From: an uncultured Acidobacteriota bacterium
Lineage (GTDB): Bacteria; Acidobacteriota; UBA6911
NCBI GenBank assembly: GCA_963827655.1
Contig: CAWHCF010000023.1
Span: forward strand, 1 to 64,000
Direction of reading: 5' to 3'
Length of the DNA stretch: 64,000 nt
Shown here: positions 44,230 to 55,364 of the stretch, piece after piece
Layout of the letters: each line of letters begins with the position of its first letter
Position numbering within the stretch: the first letter of the stretch is position 1
The notes under the pieces: model-generated
Told to the model about the DNA's origin: nothing
Database searches by the model: none
Seen by the model: the letters and a program-made list of their open reading frames with translations, nothing else
Translations under genes and position numbers: made by a program

Positions 44230-46646
44230 AGATAAACTCACTCATGTTGAACATCAGAAGGCACAGCCGCTGCAAGGAGTTCCGCTGGACATAATCGAGT
44301 GCCGTCTGCACGTTCCTCGGCAGTCGGCGAACGCCCGAATGCCAGCCGCCATCCAGCCTCGACCGAAGCTTCCGGATTTTCGCCGGCTTGTTTCTTGATG
44401 CGTGCGGCGAACTGCGCCGCTTGCGCCACGGTGAACTCGCTGTTCATGAGCGCCAGCGCCTGCGGCGCCACAGTTGAGCTTTCCCGGCGGGCGACAACTC
44501 GTCGCCGTATCAGGCGCATCAAAGATCTGCAGCATCGGCAAAGTCAGGGATCGCTTCATTTGCAGATAGATGCTGCGGCGGTTGTGTTCGTTGGGGTCCG
44601 GGTTTGCGGGCCAAAGTTGGGGCATGCGCGCCGCCTGTATCTCTTCTTTGGTGAGCGGCGGAATCACACCCACGCCGCCCATCTTCAGGTTCAGAGTGCC
44701 GGCGACCGCCAGAACGGTATCGCGTATCGCATCGCCATCCAGCCGGCGCCGGTTCATGCGGCTGAGATAGCGATTCTCCGGATCTTTCTGGAGACTTTCC
44801 TCATCCGCAACGCTTGACGCCCGGTAGGTATTAGAAAGCATGATCAGCCGGTGCATCTGCTTGATGCTCCAGCCTCGCTCGGCGAACTCCACCGCCAGCC
44901 AGTCCAGCAATTCGGGATGAGTGGGCGGTTCTCCCTGGCGGCCGAAATCGTTGGGTGTTGTGACGATGCCGTTGCCAAAGTGGCCCTGCCAGATGCGATT
45001 CACCATGACGCGGCCCAGCAGCGGTTGGTCCGGAGAGGTCAACCACAGCGCCAGAGCCTTGCGGCGCTGCGGAACAAAAAGAACACCCTTGGGCTCGTCG
45101 ATCGGCGGACCCGGATTCAGAGCCGAGAGGAACCCGGGCTCGACCTTTGTCGCCTTTCTTCTTGAAATCACCCCGCATGAGAATGTGCGTGTCAGGCACG
45201 ACTTCTTCATGCGCCAGAACGTTGGCCGTAGGATACCGTTCGGGGGCCCGCAGATAGGCCTCGGCGAGCTTCTGCAGGAGCGCGGCGCGTTGCGGATCGG
45301 GCGTTGCGCCCGCGCGGAGGATGCGACGGCGTCGGCATCCGTCGGATCGCTTCCTGGGCCTGCGCTTGCTGTTGCTGCCGCACGCGCCTCCGCGGCTGCT
45401 GCCGCGCCGCGCCGCCGCCCCGGCCATCTGCTTCAGCACCTGCGCCTGGGCCAGCAACGGGAAGTTACGCGTGTTGGTTTGAACATCGAAGAGACTCCCC
45501 AGCGGAATCTCGCGCTCCACGCTGCCGGCGAACAGCGCCGTCATGCGGTAGTAATCGCGCTGGCTGATCGGGTCGAACTTGTGATCGTGGCAACGCGCGC
45601 ACGCCGACGGTGAGTCCCAGAAACGCCGCGCCCGACCGTATCAACGGCGTCAGCCTGCCATTCCGCCCGAAACTGGTCGCCGTAGTAGGTGAACTCGATC
45701 GGAAAGGAGCCAAGCGTGAACAGACTGGTGCCGATGCGCCGGTTGACGTTTTCCTGCTTTCTCTTTCGGCAGCTTGAGCGTTCCTTCCAGATCCATATTG
45801 GTGGACCACAACTCGTCCGCGGCGATCTGCTCCTGAACGAACGTGTTATACGGCTTGTCGTCGTTGAAGGAGTTGATCACCCAATCGCGATAGCGCCAGG
45901 CCGTGGTGAAAAAGTGGTCGGTCTCAAATCCGGAGGTATCGGCATAGCGAACCAGGTCCAGCCAGTAGCGGCCCCAGCGCTCGCCATAGCGCGGCGACGC
46001 CAGCAGGCGATCGATCAGCTTTTCATAGGCGTCGCTGCGATTGATCATTGACGAACTGCTCCACCTGCTCGGGCGAGGGAGGCAGACCGTGCAGATCGAA
46101 ATAGGCCCGGCGCACCAGAGTGCGGCGATCGGCCTGGGGCGCCGGGCGTAATCCATTCTGCTCCAGTTTGGCGAGAATGAAGGCGTCAATCGGATTCCGG
46201 ACCAGAGCGGGATTTTTTACCGCGGGCACCGGTGGCGGCACCGGCTTTCGGAAAGACCACCACGACGCCGCAGCAGTCGCCGGGGTAGATTCCCAGCGCG
46301 CGCCGGCGTTGATCCAGTCGCGCAGCGTCCGTATTTCGGATTCCGCGAGCGGAGCCTTCCCGGGCGGCATCTTAAGCTCGCCTTGCCGGGTGACCGCTTT
46401 GTAGAGTATGCTCGCTTCAGCATTGCCTGGCACGACCGCGGGACCCCGCTTGCCGCCCTTCAGGATCGTTGCCAGCTCGCGCAGGTCGAGATCTGAAGTT
46501 CGGAGGTCGCCGTGGCAGGTAAGGCAATTTGCCTCCAAGATGGCCTTGGCCGACTTTTCGACCGAATTGGACTGACCGAACGCGAAGGCCAGGAGGCTTC
46601 CCAGCAGCAACCCTGTCCCAAGCCGGACAAAGAGGAACCGAAGCAT
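44219..46646 (-). CDS. planctomycete cytochrome c + DUF1549/DUF1553 protein, second copy (multiple frameshifts)
   Basis: [53 protein letters not shown], terminal [10 protein letters not shown]. Confidence 0.88.
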
Positions 46647-46743
46647 GACTTTCCTCGGGGTGGACCGACTGCGACATTATACAACATAGCCGGCGCTTCG
46701 AGTCTTCGTGTCTTAAAAGACTCAAGACACCAAGGAACAAACA

Positions 46744-47697
46744 ATGCACTATCTCAAGAGCTGCCTTAAAGAGTTCCCCGAAATCTGCAAGAAGAAGTAC
46801 GGTGTCGTATTCGACCTCGCGTCGATCGAGCGCAAGGTTGCGGATCTCCGGCGACAAAGTCCTCTTACCTATAAGGACCTGAAAAATTTCGAGTCTCCTG
46901 AACATTGGCGGTTCACAAGATTCTGGGTATTTCCGCCGGAGGAGCAACTCGGGCCGGCCCTCAAGGGTGTCACGTTTGACTTCTGGAATCTGCCCGGGAA
47001 AAAAGAAGAAAATCTCATCAGGGAACTTCTTCATGCTTTCAAGGCGATAGAACTTGTGTCCATCATTCTGCGCTTCATAAGGCCGGAAAACTACGCCATC
47101 TTCAGTTCACCTACCGAGAGGCTGCTGGATAGTCGTCGGGGCAGAGACCCGGTTGAAACATATGTAAACTACTTGACTGACTTGCGGTCGATACGGAAGC
47201 AATACGGCTTTGAATCGCGTCGCCGATGTCGACATGGCTCTCTGGGTCTTGCATGAGAAGTGCTACGGGACTCACAAGGATCCCGAGATCGAGAGGGCAT
47301 TTTCAAGCGATGCATTCCTGTTGCGTCTGATTGCGAAGAACCTTGCATCTCGTCTGAAAGATCTCTCCCACGCTCAACTGGCCAATGCTCTCCGCGAAGT
47401 AAAGCCTGATCTTGCGGCAGTGATAGCTTGTTATGCGCTGGAGATTTCGATTCGGAAGCTGGCAGGGGCCTACGGTACGCCCTCAAGGGTTGCACGCTCA
47501 AAGAGGTCATCGATGGAATGCCTGACTGAGGCGGTGTGGACGACCTGCGTAAAGGCAACTGGATATCGTTGAAGAAGATTAGAGACAACCTGTTCCACGA
47601 AGGACAAATACCGATCGATATGAAGATCGACCGGTTGATTAAAGAGGTTTTGCTCCTCGAGGAAAACTTGAAAAGAGCTGCCGCACGCATGGGATGA
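46744..47697 (+). CDS. hypothetical protein with C-terminal HEPN-like (RxxxxH) domain; two indels and one TGA
   Basis: joined frames give ...SIILRFIRPENYAIFS...RVADVDMALW...IACYALEISIRKL...LKEVIDG...WISLKKIRDNLFH...; lower GC than neighbours. Confidence 0.6.
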
Positions 47698-47751
47698 TGC
47701 GGCTGATAACACAATTCCGGGGTTCGTGTCGGCGGCAGAATGCTCGCTTAC

Positions 47752-48543
47752 TCAAGGAAGCCCCCTCGTATCCCTGTGTGACGGTCGCTTGAAGCGCAGC
47801 AGGTTGGCGATGCTCCGTTGCGGGTTCAAGATGACGCGCAGGAGCCGTGCCTGTCCTGTGCTCTTGCCCTGCTCGAGCTTCCGAATGAGCTTCTTGTCGA
47901 GGTAGTCCTCGAGCAGGATCATGCCGAGGCCACCCACCGGCGTCACCACGAGGTCGACGTAACCCATGGTGCCGCGGTCGTAGCCCACGTTGCCAATGCC
48001 TGCTTCTCCCCAGGGTGCGAGCTCGTAGGTGGTACTGTACAGCGCCGCCCAGCCGAATGCCTTGAAACGGCTCATCCAGTACGCGCGGTTCCGGGGATCC
48101 CACTCGAGCGCGAGACCGTGAGGATCGTTCTGAATCTGAATGTAGCCTGTGATGCCGCCCATCATCGGATGCCCAACATAGTTCGTGATTATGGGGTTGC
48201 CGTCGTTCCATCCGCTCAAGCCGGCAACCGAATGCTTGTAGTCAGGCCAGAACGGCCCATCGAGGTGCGCCCGTGTCTTTTCCTGCGCCATGCGTAACGA
48301 GTGCTGTATCCCGAGCAGCAGTCCAGATTGTCCCAGAGCGCCTTTCCAGTTGAAGCGCGAAGAGGCGCTTTCCGCCTGGCGCGATGGTTGTCCGATGCCC
48401 AAGCCTTCGTGCTGTTCACAGGCCGGGCTGTGAGATATCGTCTCCGGAAACACGTTGCCGGTTTGAGGTTCCGCCCAACCGGCAAGCACCGCGCAAAGCA
48501 AGTATCCAGGAAGCAGGGCCAGACGAGTTAGAAGCGCAACCAT
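47752..48543 (-). CDS. conserved hypothetical exported/membrane protein
   Basis: signal-like start MVALLTRLALL; WNDGNPIITNYVGHPMMGG, GEAGIGNVG, DLVVTPVGG motifs. Confidence 0.7.
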   Translation of the reverse strand: MVALLTRLALLPGYLLCAVLAGWAEPQTGNVFPETISHSPACEQHEGLGIGQPSRQAESASSRFNWKGALGQSGLLLGIQHSLRMAQEKTRAHLDGPFWPDYKHSVAGLSGWNDGNPIITNYVGHPMMGGITGYIQIQNDPHGLALEWDPRNRAYWMSRFKAFGWAALYSTTYELAPWGEAGIGNVGYDRGTMGYVDLVVTPVGGLGMILLEDYLDKKLIRKLEQGKSTGQARLLRVILNPQRSIANLLRFKRPSHRDTRGLP

Positions 48544-48674
48544 GGCTTGTCTAAACCGCCCTAATGCCGCAACAAGACGTCGCCAGCACCGATCGGCTGC
48601 CGACAGGGGCCAGCGCGTGGCGCTCTCGTGTTCTTGGGGCCTTCGGCTGCACCCGGCGGCGAGCCGTCTTCCAG

Positions 48675-49661
48675 TCAGCCTCGCGCGGCCTGCTGCGCAG
48701 GGGGTGCTGTCGTGAATCTGCGCACACGATCGGCGTTCTCGGCCACCTGGTCGCTGTAGCGAGGATACATGCCGATGATGATTCCGTCGCTCGGCTTGAT
48801 GTTTTCCAGCGCGAAGCGGAAGGCAGCATCGATGTCCCGCGGCGAATCGGTCAGCCGGCCGGCGGCCAATACCTTGTAGGCGAGGCAGGGCTTCGAAGTC
48901 TTGCGGATCGCGGCGCACATGCGGGGCGGGTCCTCGGGCAGGTAGATCTCGCCCAGGGGACGGCTTCCCAGCACCTTCTTGAACTCATCGGGCGAACGCG
49001 TCAGGAAATAAAGAGCCGTCATGTAGAAATCGACATCCCACTGCTCCGACTCGGACTGCTCCAGGAAGAGGGGGTCGTGTGTGGAAAGACCGACCAGGAC
49101 GCCGTTGTCGCGAACCGCCTTGAGAAAGTCCTTCACCAGGCCGAGCTTTCCCTCCCGCCGTTTCCTCTCGGCCGACCCGCCGTGGTGGACAATGCCGATC
49201 GGCTTCTGTTTGATCACCTCGCCGATGAGGCGATGGTCATCCTCGATCTCGCGGTGGCTGAGGAGAATCCATTTCAGGTTGCCGCCGCGCCTGCGGTGCT
49301 CGCCGAGGTCTTTCATGGCACGCTCGTGATGCGAGAACTGCCAGGTGTTGATCCCTTGAGTCTCGCACCGCTGCAGCAGGTCGCAAACATGATCGGGCGT
49401 GGACCATTCCAGCATGTGAGAGTTCAGGAGTCTGTTGAAGTGGGAGTAACCGTGAATCGGATTGCTGCCGATGATCAGGCGCGAGACTTCGTGAGTGCCG
49501 AGGCGGATCATGGGTAGGGAGGCAGGGCTCGCGGGCGCCGCAGCCGGCGTCGCCGGCGGGCGCATGGCGGCACGCGCCTCCGCGTCCGGATCGCACATGA
49601 TCGCAAAGCCGGCGGCAAGGCCGGTGGCGGATTTGAGAAAGGCACGACGTTTTTTGCTCAT
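48675..49661 (-). CDS. Tat-signal aldo/keto reductase-like TIM barrel protein
   Basis: KKRRAFLK Tat motif, LGTHEVSRLIIGSNP, VGLSTH, PCLAYKVLAAGR. Confidence 0.75.
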   Translation of the reverse strand: MSKKRRAFLKSATGLAAGFAIMCDPDAEARAAMRPPATPAAAPASPASLPMIRLGTHEVSRLIIGSNPIHGYSHFNRLLNSHMLEWSTPDHVCDLLQRCETQGINTWQFSHHERAMKDLGEHRRRGGNLKWILLSHREIEDDHRLIGEVIKQKPIGIVHHGGSAERKRREGKLGLVKDFLKAVRDNGVLVGLSTHDPLFLEQSESEQWDVDFYMTALYFLTRSPDEFKKVLGSRPLGEIYLPEDPPRMCAAIRKTSKPCLAYKVLAAGRLTDSPRDIDAAFRFALENIKPSDGIIIGMYPRYSDQVAENADRVRRFTTAPPAQQAARG

Positions 49662-49770
49662 GATCGTAGCTCCTTCAGGTTCGGCTTATTGCTGAGGGTA
49701 ACCCATCACTGACTCGCCTGCGAGAAGATTCGGCCTTCTGTCGCGAAACTCAGGCCAGTAGGCCCAGGGC

Positions 49771-49793
49771 GTGAGCCCTGGGTCTGAATACCG
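49771..49793. repeat. REP-like palindrome
   Basis: GCCCAGGGC-GTGA-GCCCTGGGT. Confidence 0.55.
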
Positions 49794-49879
49794 AGTTGCT
49801 TGCAATCCGGGTTGGAGACACAGGCCGCATTCCATGCATGGTTTCGTGTACTAACCCCAAAACTTCGCTTGTAAACCAG

Positions 49880-50364
49880 TTACTCGCCGGCCAACTCGAG
49901 CACTTCAGCACGGACCGCGTCGGATATGAAGAACCCTAATTCATTCTGAGCCGATCCAGCAGCGGCCCCAGAGGTCCAACAAGGTTCTGTTGCTTCGCCC
50001 GCAGGAGGATCCCTAGCACACCGAGTGGCAGCAGACCGCGCTGGCGAGCGAGGGCCCGGCCCGCGGCTTCGTCAATAAGCACCGCATCGGCGTGAACTTC
50101 GACGGCCAGGGCCAGAGCTTCAGCCTCACCCGGGCCGATAGTCAGGAGTAGATTCTCCACGACAGCTCGGTCCCGCGGTGCAACGATCCGGACAAAAACC
50201 AAGCCCCGTAAAAAGATTGGTGAGAACCTCGAACGGGGTTGCTCCAACTCTGCGGCCACAGCTGGCGGGACCAGCACTTCACCGAAGAGGGCGTGGAGCA
50301 GTTCCACGCACCCCAGGTGCGCGAGTGCTCTGATTAGAGAAGTGTCGCTGACGACGATGGACAA
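49880..50364 (-). CDS. DUF3368 PIN-like toxin (frameshift near 49940)
   Basis: IVVSDTSLI, GEAEALALA, VLIDEAAGR, GVLGILLRAK; terminal GFFISDAVRAEVLELAGE in the next frame. Confidence 0.85.
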
Positions 50365-50366
50365 GG

Positions 50367-50615
50367 CTAAACTTTCAGCCGTTCCAGAGTGACCAGATCT
50401 TCGGCCAGGTCTGTAGGCTGTGGCCGGTAGATTGGAATTCCCCGCTGGAGCAGGGCATCTTCAATTCCGTTGCGATCGAGCCCTGCCAACTTCGCCGCTG
50501 ACCAGAGCGTCAGCTTACCAGCGTCGAAGAGCCTGCAGGCAAATTCAACCAAAACTTCACGCTCGGTCAGGCCAGCTTCCTGCAATACGTCGTCTGGAAT
50601 GGTAAAGGTTGGCAT
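50367..50615 (-). CDS. UPF0175 family antitoxin
   Basis: EFACRLFDAGKLTLWSAAKLAGLDR...DLAEDL; RBS AAGGAGGT. Confidence 0.85.
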   Translation of the reverse strand: MPTFTIPDDVLQEAGLTEREVLVEFACRLFDAGKLTLWSAAKLAGLDRNGIEDALLQRGIPIYRPQPTDLAEDLVTLERLKV

Positions 50616-50736
50616 GATTACCACCTCCTTGCGACATCTTAGCCTCTCCTAGTTGCCGACGGAAGCTTGTTGCCAAGATTTCGACCAATGCCCCGACCTT
50701 GCAAGCGGCAAAGATCCTGGCGCGGCGGATGCCAGC

Positions 50737-51999
50737 TTACAGAGGAATCGCGCCGCGCGGGACGTTTTTGTAGACCCTGCCTCCCTTCATCACGAATACG
50801 ACGCGCCGCACGGCCGCGATGTCCTTCAGCGGGTCGCCATCGAGCGCGATGATGTCCGCCTCCAGGCCGGGCGCAATCGAACCGATCTGATCGGCCATTC
50901 CCAGTGCTTCCGCACCGAGTGAGTTGGCGGAGACCATCGCCGCCATCGGCGTCACGCCGCAGTCGCGCACGCGATTGATAAAGTCCTCGGCGTTTCGCCC
51001 GTGCACGCCCGCGACGGCATCGGCGCCGAAAACGATCTTCAGTCCTGGAATCTTCAGCGCGCGTCGTATCAGTTCGTGGTTGATCGGCAGGACCTTCTCG
51101 GCGGAGGTCACGAAGTCCTGCGGGTTGGCCGGGAAGAAGGGTGTGCCGGCGAACTTATCCCGGTACAGTCGATAGGTCTCGATCGTCAGCCCGGCTTGCG
51201 GATCGAAGTACGTCCCTCGTTCGGCCATCAGCTTCAGATCCTCGTCGGTCGCACCGACACCGTGCTCAATCTGCGTGCATCCGGCGAGAGTTGCCGCGCG
51301 GACCGCCTCTCGGTAAGCGTGTACCAGCGTGCGCAGGCCCTGCTTCCTGGCTTCGTCACACGCGGCATTCAGTTGCTCCTGTGACATCGTCATCGCGCCC
51401 TGGAGTATGCTCCCGCCCGTAAAGATCTTGATCAGGTCCGCGCCCGACTCCTTTTGCTTCCGCACGTAGGCGCGGATTTCATCGGGCGTGCCGGTCTCGG
51501 CGCCGCGGCCCGTGAGCGCCTCGCCGGCCGTCAGGATGCGTGGGCCGGGAGCAGGCCTCTCGCGATGGCATCGCGCAAGGGAACGTCCAGAGGGGGAGCC
51601 CACGCTCTGCACCGTGGTGAACCCCCCCATCAGCGTCACCCACGCATTCGAGGCCGTGGAGTATGCAGCCTCCTGCGTGGTTCCTCCCCCGCCTACATTT
51701 TTCCCGTCCTTGCCGAAGCTCCAGGTGATGTGGACGTGCGCGTCGATCCAACCCGGCAGCACGGTCAGGCCGCGCAGGTCGTAGTCCACGGGACGGGCCT
51801 TACGGTCGAGCGCGACGATCTTCGAGCCCTCGACCACTATCCGAGTGTCGCGCAGCACGGTCCCTTTGCCGTCGAGCACCGCGCTCGCGGCGAGTACGAT
51901 GCGTTTGGTCTGGGCGGGCGTCTGGGCCGAGACTCCTTGTGCACGGGCGCAAACGCCCAGAATGCTGAGGATGCATAGAAGGATCTTCACGGATTGCAT
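50737..51999 (-). CDS. metal-dependent amidohydrolase
   Basis: LPGWIDAHVH, GADLIKIF, VHAY, IEHG, GSIAPGLEADIIALDGDPL. Confidence 0.9.
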   Translation of the reverse strand: MQSVKILLCILSILGVCARAQGVSAQTPAQTKRIVLAASAVLDGKGTVLRDTRIVVEGSKIVALDRKARPVDYDLRGLTVLPGWIDAHVHITWSFGKDGKNVGGGGTTQEAAYSTASNAWVTLMGGFTTVQSVGSPSGRSLARCHRERPAPGPRILTAGEALTGRGAETGTPDEIRAYVRKQKESGADLIKIFTGGSILQGAMTMSQEQLNAACDEARKQGLRTLVHAYREAVRAATLAGCTQIEHGVGATDEDLKLMAERGTYFDPQAGLTIETYRLYRDKFAGTPFFPANPQDFVTSAEKVLPINHELIRRALKIPGLKIVFGADAVAGVHGRNAEDFINRVRDCGVTPMAAMVSANSLGAEALGMADQIGSIAPGLEADIIALDGDPLKDIAAVRRVVFVMKGGRVYKNVPRGAIPL

Positions 52000-52068
52000 G
52001 ACCGGTCCTCCCTCGGCTCGCTAAAAACGCGTTCTCTGGGTTCTATCACGACGGCAAAACTTGAAGCT

Positions 52069-52689
52069 TTATCGCATGAGGATCGCCCTGACCGGAGAGC
52101 CGTCCAGACCGGCAAACTTGAGCGGCAGGCAGACCAGTCCATAGTCTCCATCAGGCACGTGAGCCAGGCGCGTCCCCTCGAGAATGGCCACTCTGTGACC
52201 GAGGAGAACTTTGTGGGAGCGCAATGACTTGCTTTCGTATGCGTCAACCGAAGGGGTATCGGTGCCAACCAGAAGCAGAGCGCGCCGCCCAAGAAATTCG
52301 GCGCCATCCTCGGATAGATAAGCGAACTCGGGGTCGAATTGATCCTCAGGCAGGTTGCTGGAACGGGTTTTGAACAACACCCGCTCCACGCCATCCCAAT
52401 TCAGACGCTCGAGCTCCGCATGTGTGATGCATTCCGCAACGTCCATTGAGACCACACGAACGGGGCCAAGGTAATGCCGCAGCGGGACCGCAGCGATGTC
52501 GATCCCCGATTCTTCGAGGTGAAAGGGAGCATCCAGGTGGGTTCCAGTATGGATGCTCATGGTTACCGCCGATACATTACACGCGTCCCCGTCGTGAAGC
52601 CGCATGGTGCAGTGACGGCGAAACTCCTGGTCTCCTGGCCACACTGCGATCCCCTCTCGTAGGGTCTGAGAAATATCGTAGATCTCCAT
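52069..52689 (-). CDS. kynB: cyclase family protein / kynurenine formamidase-like
   Basis: HTGTHLDAPFH, GTDTPSVD, ILE, DGSPVRA. Confidence 0.8.
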   Translation of the reverse strand: MEIYDISQTLREGIAVWPGDQEFRRHCTMRLHDGDACNVSAVTMSIHTGTHLDAPFHLEESGIDIAAVPLRHYLGPVRVVSMDVAECITHAELERLNWDGVERVLFKTRSSNLPEDQFDPEFAYLSEDGAEFLGRRALLLVGTDTPSVDAYESKSLRSHKVLLGHRVAILEGTRLAHVPDGDYGLVCLPLKFAGLDGSPVRAILMR

Positions 52690-52977
52690 CAGGTTCTCGG
52701 AGTCGCGGATTCTCTGTGCTGGGTTCGGGTTTCTTGCCTTTACTGCCGACTCACCAAGATTCGTCCGCTACTCCTGTCCGGCCTCGACTTGACCTCGAGG
52801 AGTTGGAATGGTCCCGCCGGTCATTGGCACTGGCGGCTTGGGTTTTGAAGCTACCACCGCGGCGGCCGAGGTTCAAGACCAACGGCACGGAGGTTTCATT
52901 AACAAGAAGACGATGCGTGCACGCCGGTGAGCCGTCGAAGAAGTTGAGAATCCGTGACAGGGTCTGAAGCAAATACC

Positions 52978-53022
52978 AAAAACGCGCTTGCCCGGGCAGA
53001 CCGAATTCTGTACCTTCTTCAG
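52978..53022 (+). promoter_or_regulatory. second copy of the TA promoter at 78-122
   Basis: AAAAACGCGCTTGCCCGGGCAGACCGAATTCTGTACCTTCTTCAG versus AAAAACCTGCTTGCCCGCGCGGACCGAATTCGGTACCTTTTTCAG, ungapped, -35 and -10 conserved. Confidence 0.75.
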
Positions 53023-53123
53023 CGATCACACGAGGCCGAAGCGCTGCGAAATAAATACCGCTAGGACCAAAGACACGAAGAAACATCAAAAAAGCAGCGG
53101 CTTGATGCCGACCAATCGCGCCC

Positions 53124-54470
53124 GTGACCAGGGAGACGGGATTTTCAGTGACAACTCAATCTGATCGACCCAACCCGATCAACCACCTTCGGTGGTACAT
53201 CGGTGGCTTGCTGTTTCTGTCCACCGTCATCAATTATATCGACCGTCAAACGCTCAGCGTCCTGGCGCCGTACATCAAAAAGGAATATCAGTGGACCAAT
53301 TCCGATTTCTCCTGGTTGGTTATCTCGTTTCGAGTCGGCTATACCGTGGGCCAGACCGCCGTGGGCCGATTCCTGGATTGGATCGGAACCCGTAACGGAC
53401 TAAGTCTTTCGGTAGCTTTCTATTCCGTAGCGGCGATGTTTACGTCGTTGGCGACCGGCTTTCGCAGCTTTTGTTTCTTTCGCTTCTTGCTGGGAACCGG
53501 CGAGGGGGGGAACTGGCCCGGTGCAACCAAGGCAGTGTCCGAATGGTTTCCGCGTCGGGAGAGCGGGTGGGCGGTGGCGCTCTTTGACAGCGGTTCCTCG
53601 ATCGGCGGAGCTGTGGCGCCGTTGCTCGTCTTGTGGATCTATCACGCCTTCGGGAGCTGGCGCCCGGCATTCATCGTGACCGGCGCGCTCGGATTCATAT
53701 GGTTGTTGCTTTTCCGCTGGCTGTACCGTCTTCCCGAGCACCATCCGCGCATTTCGAGCGAGGAACGCGATGTGATACTGACCGATCGAGCCCAGGCGGG
53801 TGATGCTACCGCCAGAAACGACCCGAATCGACTGAGCTATCGTGTGCTGCTGTCTCTGCCACAGACCTGGGGAATCATCCTGGGAAAAACCTTGACCGAC
53901 CCGGTCTGGTTTTTCATCACCGATTGGTTTGCCATTTATCTCGACAGCCAAGGATTCAAGCTGGAAGAGAGCCTGATGGCTTTCTGGGTGCCTTTTCTGG
54001 CAGCCGACGTGGGAAATTTTGCGGGAGGCGGGCTCTCGAGTCACCTGATCAAACGCGGATGGTCCGTCGGAGCCGCGCGGAAATTCGTGATCGTAGTCTG
54101 CGGGATCGGCATGACTCTCATCTTGCCTACGGTCTACGTAACATCATTTCACTGGCTGGTAGCTTGTTTTGCCATCTCCACGCTTGCATACGCTGCTTTC
54201 TCGACCATGGTGCTCAATCTCCCGGCGGATCTCTACCCGACAAGCTCGGTCGCTTCGGTCAGCGGGATGAGTGGCACGGGCGCCGGAATCGGCACGATCA
54301 CGGCGACCTACCTGATCGGGCGAGTTACCGATCGAAGAGTTGCCGCTCGTTACTCTTTCGCGCCGGTCCTGGTGGCGGCCAGCATTGTTCCTCTTCTGGC
54401 AACCGTGGCGGTACTGGCGCTGGTTCGCAATAACGATGCCACGAAAAGAGGCATCGTTAATCCGATATAG
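53124..54470 (+). CDS. MFS transporter, ACS/ExuT hexuronate-type
   Basis: LRWYI...[41 protein letters not shown]. Confidence 0.9.
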   Translation: MTRETGFSVTTQSDRPNPINHLRWYIGGLLFLSTVINYIDRQTLSVLAPYIKKEYQWTNSDFSWLVISFRVGYTVGQTAVGRFLDWIGTRNGLSLSVAFYSVAAMFTSLATGFRSFCFFRFLLGTGEGGNWPGATKAVSEWFPRRESGWAVALFDSGSSIGGAVAPLLVLWIYHAFGSWRPAFIVTGALGFIWLLLFRWLYRLPEHHPRISSEERDVILTDRAQAGDATARNDPNRLSYRVLLSLPQTWGIILGKTLTDPVWFFITDWFAIYLDSQGFKLEESLMAFWVPFLAADVGNFAGGGLSSHLIKRGWSVGAARKFVIVVCGIGMTLILPTVYVTSFHWLVACFAISTLAYAAFSTMVLNLPADLYPTSSVASVSGMSGTGAGIGTITATYLIGRVTDRRVAARYSFAPVLVAASIVPLLATVAVLALVRNNDATKRGIVNPI

Positions 54471-54542
54471 GGATCCCGCGACGCTTCGCGACGCGCTGGT
54501 AGGATGAAGGCATCGCAACCACGCGTATCACTGGGGTTCCCG

Positions 54543-54902
54543 TTACTCGAATCCAAGGCTGAGTAGCACTGCCTCTCGGATAGGCGGAAGGTATTTCGCT
54601 TCGATCTTTCCGATTCGGCGAATCAACCGGGACTGGCTCACGGTTCGAATGTGGCTCAGGTTGATCGCGCAACGACGCGCGAGTCCATTCTGGGTGCTCG
54701 GATCGACCTTGACCAGAGTGGGCAGATCCTTGATCATACCGGTAATCGCCGCAACGATCGTGGTATTAGCGTACCGGTTTCCGAGATCGTTCTGTAGAAC
54801 TAGCGCCGGGCGGATCTTTCCGATCTCAGAACCCTCAACCGGATCGAACCTCACTTGCCAGATCTCACCGCGTTGGACCGTTTTCTTCCTCGTCGAGTCC
54901 AT
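54543..54902 (-). CDS. mazF: PemK/MazF toxin
   Basis: QRGEIWQVRFDPVEGSEIGKIRPALVLQND, IRTVSQSRL. Confidence 0.92.
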   Translation of the reverse strand: MDSTRKKTVQRGEIWQVRFDPVEGSEIGKIRPALVLQNDLGNRYANTTIVAAITGMIKDLPTLVKVDPSTQNGLARRCAINLSHIRTVSQSRLIRRIGKIEAKYLPPIREAVLLSLGFE

Positions 54903-55122
54903 CGAGCAGAGTGGTATCCCAGAGTCTCAGCTCTTCCGCAAGCCTGCGGTCCGATGCCATCGCTTTGTATCCTTCAATCATCGCCCTCTGGAGTCGACTT
55001 CTGCGATGGGCACGAAGAGCATCGTTGATGAATCCGCTGAGATTCCGCTTTGCCTGATCGGAAACGTACTCCCAAACGTCCGGCTGGAGCGAAATCGTTT
55101 TCTTCACGACTGTCCTTCTCAA
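54865..55122 (-). CDS. ribbon-helix-helix antitoxin cognate to MazF
   Basis: KKTISL...NLSGFINDALR...MIEGYKAMA...WDTTLLDGL; overlaps the toxin; TTG start after GGAGGT. Confidence 0.8.
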   Translation of the reverse strand: MRRTVVKKTISLQPDVWEYVSDQAKRNLSGFINDALRAHRRSRLQRAMIEGYKAMASDRRLAEELRLWDTTLLDGLDEEENGPTR

Positions 55123-55139
55123 TAAGCTACCTCCCGCCT

Positions 55140-55172
55140 GGTATGACTCGACGATCATACCATAGGTATGAC
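55140..55172. promoter_or_regulatory. alternating-palindrome operator of the mazEF-like operon
   Basis: GTATGA...TCATAC...GTATGA half-sites directly upstream of the antitoxin. Confidence 0.6.
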
Positions 55173-55364
55173 GGCAGGAAGAGTAAAGCCGATACGCCGG
55201 AAGTTCGAGCGGCCAATCCTGGTCGCACAGCAACCAGACCATGTGCCTCCCAACTGGTTTTCCGGATACCAGTCGCGCGCCGTCGGTGAACCCCGCACAA
55301 ACCGCATCAATTCGCCAGGTGATACGAGATTATCGAAACGAACGGTAAGGTCGCGCGCCAAGGC

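Noticed and set aside
47527-47529. In-frame TGA in the HEPN candidate as selenocysteine or recoded Trp
   Set aside because: TGA is used as a normal stop across the window and no SECIS-like context is evident; an error or nonsense mutation is more likely.
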